From positions 59,830,001-59,894,000 of the forward strand of contig OX597819.1 of assembly GCA_951406725.2 (NCBI GenBank): DNA of 64,000 nt. Direction: 5' to 3'. The first letter of the stretch is position 1, and every line of letters begins with the position of its first letter. Below are positions 59,947-64,000 of the stretch, piece by piece. This DNA comes from Octopus vulgaris (lineage: Eukaryota). The notes beneath the pieces are model-generated. The model was not told the origin of the DNA. It saw nothing but the letters and a program-made list of their open reading frames with translations, and made no database searches. A program made the position numbers and the translations under genes.

Positions 59947-60167
59947 CCCTTTCGTTACCAACCCAGCTGAAACCAACTCTGGCTCTGAGTATAAATGTCT
60001 TGTTTTCATAAGTTTTGAATTAAAATCTTCCACCAAACCTTAGTCACAATTTATGTTCCCAAACACTAGCTGAATGATAACTAAGTTATTTTGATAAATT
60101 CTTTGTTAAATCTAAAATAACTGAAAGAAACACAGAGCATCACAAAATAAATATAGTAATGAAAAGG
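59947..60167. mobile_element. piggyBac-type MITE nested in a tRNA-derived SINE (59745-60270)
   Basis: TTAA TSD at 59943-59946 and 60168-60171; CCCTTTCGTTAC / GTAATGAAAAGG; host SINE resumes after the TSD. Confidence 0.88.
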
Positions 60168-60481
60168 TTAAGGGTATGCATGTCTGTGGCGTGCTCAGCC
60201 TCTTGCATGTTAATTTCACAAGCAAGTTGTTTCATTGATTGGATCAACTGGAACTTCCTCACCATAACCAATGGAGTGGCAATGCCATATTTTATGTTTA
60301 TCAATATTTTTCCAATTTTTTTTTGCACTTGAGTACAATGCTACCCCAACCCAATTCTTGTGTTATAAACTAATGAATGTGGTACCTATGCTTTTGGGGA
60401 AGAAGGGGTTAGTTGGAGTACATTTCACTAAAATGCTAGTTTTCAGTATAACATATTGATAAATCTGCTACATCATCAACA

Positions 60482-60648
60482 CACTAGCGTAACTAGGAGG
60501 TGGCAGTAGGGGTGGTGCTCCCCAAGCAACACTTTTAAAGGGGGTGGCACTTTTGGGTCTGCTGTAGGTAATATGTGCTTTTTTGTGGGGTCTGGAGGTG
60601 GCAATTGGAAAGGCCGCCTCAGTGGCACACACTCTAGCTATGCTAGTG
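60482..60648. mobile_element. GC-rich MITE (hAT-like)
   Basis: TIRs CACTAGCGTAACTAG / CTAGCTATGCTAGTG; TSD poorly preserved. Confidence 0.65.
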
Positions 60649-61209
60649 CATCTGTATTATAGATATACATGTGAATAACGAAAACAGCATATGTATTCAA
60701 CAAAGGCTTAGAGAAATTCAGGAAAAAATGTAATTTTTGCAATCTAAGTTGAAACATTCCTAATTGTTCCACAATAAGGGTAAATTAGAACATGCTATAG
60801 GACATGTTGGAGCACACCAGCTGAAATGAAGGAAGTAAAACAAAATTAACAATCAAAATATGTATTCTTTATTCCAAACATAAGACTTTGGGAAAGGTTT
60901 TTCTTGAAATAAATACTAACAGGATTATCATGGAAAAGAAAAGTTAGTTAGAAACCGTTGTGCTGATGTCAGCACATCCTACTACATTATATATGCTTGC
61001 AAAGGCTTCCTTACAAAATAGTGTAGAAGACACTCAGAAGAACCATATCACCAGTAATTATGAAGATAGTAATGAGTGTAACGATATTGCTACACAAGCA
61101 TTACATTAGTATCATTTTAATTTTCAACTGTGACGATGTATTTTAGTAGGTAACTTGAAATAAATTTGGTCTCTTTAGTTTGTCACCTTTAAGTAAAGTT
61201 CATAGTCCA

Positions 61210-61670
61210 CAGCATATCTTTGTAAAACAAAAGGCTTCTGTCTCAGAATGAAATGCAGACTGTTTGATGCTTATGCAAGTATTGCAATGCTACAAGGTAT
61301 TGAGACAAAGGCCTTGAATATAGAAGTCCTATGAAGAATAGAAAGAAATGAAGCAAGCATATTCTGTGGCTTGTGGAGTATGAAATGCAAGAACAGCAGA
61401 AGAGAAATGTGTTAAGAGTAAAACTGGATACAAGAGGATTCAAATTTAGTGTATAAGTGAGAAGATTGCATGGATGTGAATGGATGAGGACAGATGTATA
61501 AAGAAATGCTGGTAGCTTACAATGGATGAGGTATGTGGAAGAAGGAGACCCAAGAAAGCATGGGATGAACTTGGGAAGACTGATCTCAGGGTGTAAAAGC
61601 TTCTGGAAGCGATAATTTGCAATATACAGTTTTGAGAAGACTTAACCACTGATGTACTGCAAACATGGTG
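61210..61670 (+). mobile_element. RTE-clade LINE 3' fragment
   Basis: Similar to 18095-18600 (KGF.LRMK.RL.DA, RNEASIL, GRRRPKKAWDE). Confidence 0.75.
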
Positions 61671-62543
61671 AAACTGATGTTCTGGAAGCATATGTACGTA
61701 CATGACTGAGCATTTGCCCAATATGACTCACCCATCTCCCTGTAACCCATCCCTCCATCACAAAACTGTATCATTCTGCTGCTGTAAACTGATGAAAACA
61801 GAATCCATTACTATTTATCATCACCATTTTTGTACTTCCAGTCATCCATCACTTTCTCCTGAGCTACTTATTATTGGCATCAGTCCCTCATTGTTTCAAT
61901 CATGCCCCAATAAATATTTACCATCAACCACCCCTAATCCTTGTTCACCATTTACTACATTCATCCTCCCCACCTTCACCCCTATTTTTATCCATCATTC
62001 TCTGACTTCCCAACACACACCTTTGCAACATTACCCAACCTTCTTCATCCTTCTGGCTCTACATTCCCTTCTATATCACCTTCTCAAACATGATACCTTG
62101 CGGCTATGTTCTAACATGTCTACATCACCATCTTTATTTCTCTGCTGGCACTATTCCATTGACCTTCATCCATACGTACATAATGCAAAATAACTCTGAC
62201 AATAAACATCTTCCTCCTATCGTACTTCAAATTTTAACATCTTGCTCAAAGCTACCTCCCTCTCTCTCCTATTCTTCCTTTCAGTTAAAGGGATCTCTTT
62301 AATCTTGTGAGTTACAAGGTGACCTTTATAAAGCTGGTGTGACATTAATTATATGGGTCTTTATATATTTGTATGACAGTAGACTGTTTGTCCCATTAAT
62401 AAATTAAAGCCATTGTTATAAAAATTTACAACCAAAATTTACATTTTTATATTATTGCTTGTCAGTGCTGTATATTGCTATAAAAACTGGAGTTTGTAAT
62501 TACATGTAAGGCAGAAATAATGATTTGTCCATCTCTATCAAAG

Positions 62544-62787
62544 AATCCTTTAATTCAGGGCGGAGCCTCAGCAGAGGAAACTTGTTGATTTAAAGAGCTT
62601 GTTGCTTATGTTTCTGAAGTGCCACTCTCTGATTTTTTGCAACTCAGGAACTTTAATCCCTTAATTCAGGGCGGTGCCTCAGCAGAGGAAACTTGATTTA
62701 AAGAGCTTGCTGCTTATGCTTCTGAAGTGCCACTTTCTGATTTTTTACATGTGTTGTGGTTTGTATAACCACAGAAACTCAGGAACT
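62544..62787 (+). repeat. about 111-bp tandem duplication, second copy with a 30-nt hairpin insert
   Basis: Units start at 62544 and 62655; TGTGGTT-tgtat-AACCACA present only in the second. Confidence 0.85.
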
Positions 62788-63114
62788 ACCAGAACTAAAT
62801 AGAGCACGCTCTTATATGGGGTGATATTCTAGCAAGTTGATTAGTTAATATCCATGACACATTGCCTGACCTAAGTGTGATCTGATCCTGGTTTCTAAAG
62901 CTGTAAGGTTTCAATTCTACATCTTGTTATACTGGTTTTATAAAAGGTATACAGTACACCCTGTAAAGTGATTAGTGTTAAGTAGAGCAATTAGCCATAG
63001 TAACACATGCTAGCATGGAAAACGGACATAAAAATGAACATATATCTATCCAACTACTTATCTGATTATCTGTCTGTATTAAGTAAATATAACGGATATG
63101 ATGTAAAATTATTA

Positions 63115-63154
<40 letters not shown>

Positions 63155-64000
63155 TGTTATTATTATTGAGTGAGAGAGCAGTGCATGCCATTGAAGCGAC
63201 ACAGGGGTACAAATAAATAAAGCCCAATATACCCATCATGACTACTTGTCTGATGAGGGTACACCAGGCACATGCATTGCAAGCATATGTGCGTGACATG
63301 GTGACCTCATATCAAGATAAACAGTGCATGACCTTGCAAGTGGGGTCCAGTTAGAATTTTCTTCAGGATGCATAGCCCATCCCACTCAAAAGGTCCCTGA
63401 ATAAGGTTTGTTTTATGTATAATGAACAAAACACCCATGCTTCCAGAGGCGAATAATTCAAATCCCAAAGAATTCCTCTCAGCACATGGCTATGATGCTC
63501 CCCCACTATTTCTATTAGTGATCAGAGAAGCACATATCATCAGTCACTAAGAGACATGCTCAGCTGGTTAAGGCCAAACAAGCAAATCTGTGGTATTGAG
63601 TAGAATATTTGCTGCAGCCCATCTTTTATCACAAGACAAATCAAGGTACATCATAACACTTCCAATCAATTAAGATCGAAAGCTATGAGAGCCGCTGCAT
63701 CATCATCATCGTTGTCGTCATCGTCATCATCATCATCATGCGTCACGACCATATGTGCATGACATGGTGCCCTAATATCAACATAAACCTTGCAGACAGG
63801 GCCCCTGTTAGAAAAGGTCCCTGAATAAAGGTTGTCTAAAGATGATGAATGAAACACCTACCTTTCCAAGGGTGGATCATTCAAACTCAAAAAATGCTCC
63901 CCCACTATTTCTGCTTGTGATCAGAGATGCTCATAATATCAGTCACTAAGGGACAAGCTCAGATGTTTGGGGTCAAGCAACTGACAAGCGAATCTCTAGT

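Noticed and set aside
60760-60850. Strong minus-strand acceptor (ttttacttccttcatttcag) at about 60821
   Set aside because: All frames stop within about 20 codons and no upstream exon was found; a last exon of a gene outside the window cannot be excluded

Overview
AT-rich eukaryotic genomic DNA, dense in microsatellites and SINEs. The repeat families look like octopus (coleoid cephalopod), which is an inference from recalled repeat sequences and not a database result. Positions 4001-42275 (+) hold 21 coding exons of a HELZ orthologue (helicase with zinc finger, UPF1-like SF1). I joined them by hand with GT-AG introns and consistent phases: 5408 nt, about 1800 aa, with the first exon(s) upstream of the window. 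The domain order is TPR-like start, two C2H2 (C-x2-C-x12-H-x5-H) fingers, CCCH finger, helicase core, PAM2/LxxLAP, then a long disordered tail. The rest is a patchwork of tRNA-derived SINEs, RTE, CR1, HERO-like and R4/Dong-like LINE ends, mariner/Tc1, piggyBac and hAT MITEs, a Helitron-like element, a solo LTR and Penelope-like remnants. Most ORFs in the supplied track are spurious. The most notable observations are: several hammerhead-ribozyme-like motifs tied to Penelope-like tails (best at 242-279, sense to HELZ); long near-perfect intronic hairpins; a recursive-splice-like exon start; and several templated-insertion or local duplication events. All coordinates were read by eye. Exon boundaries should be exact or nearly so, while repeat boundaries are approximate.
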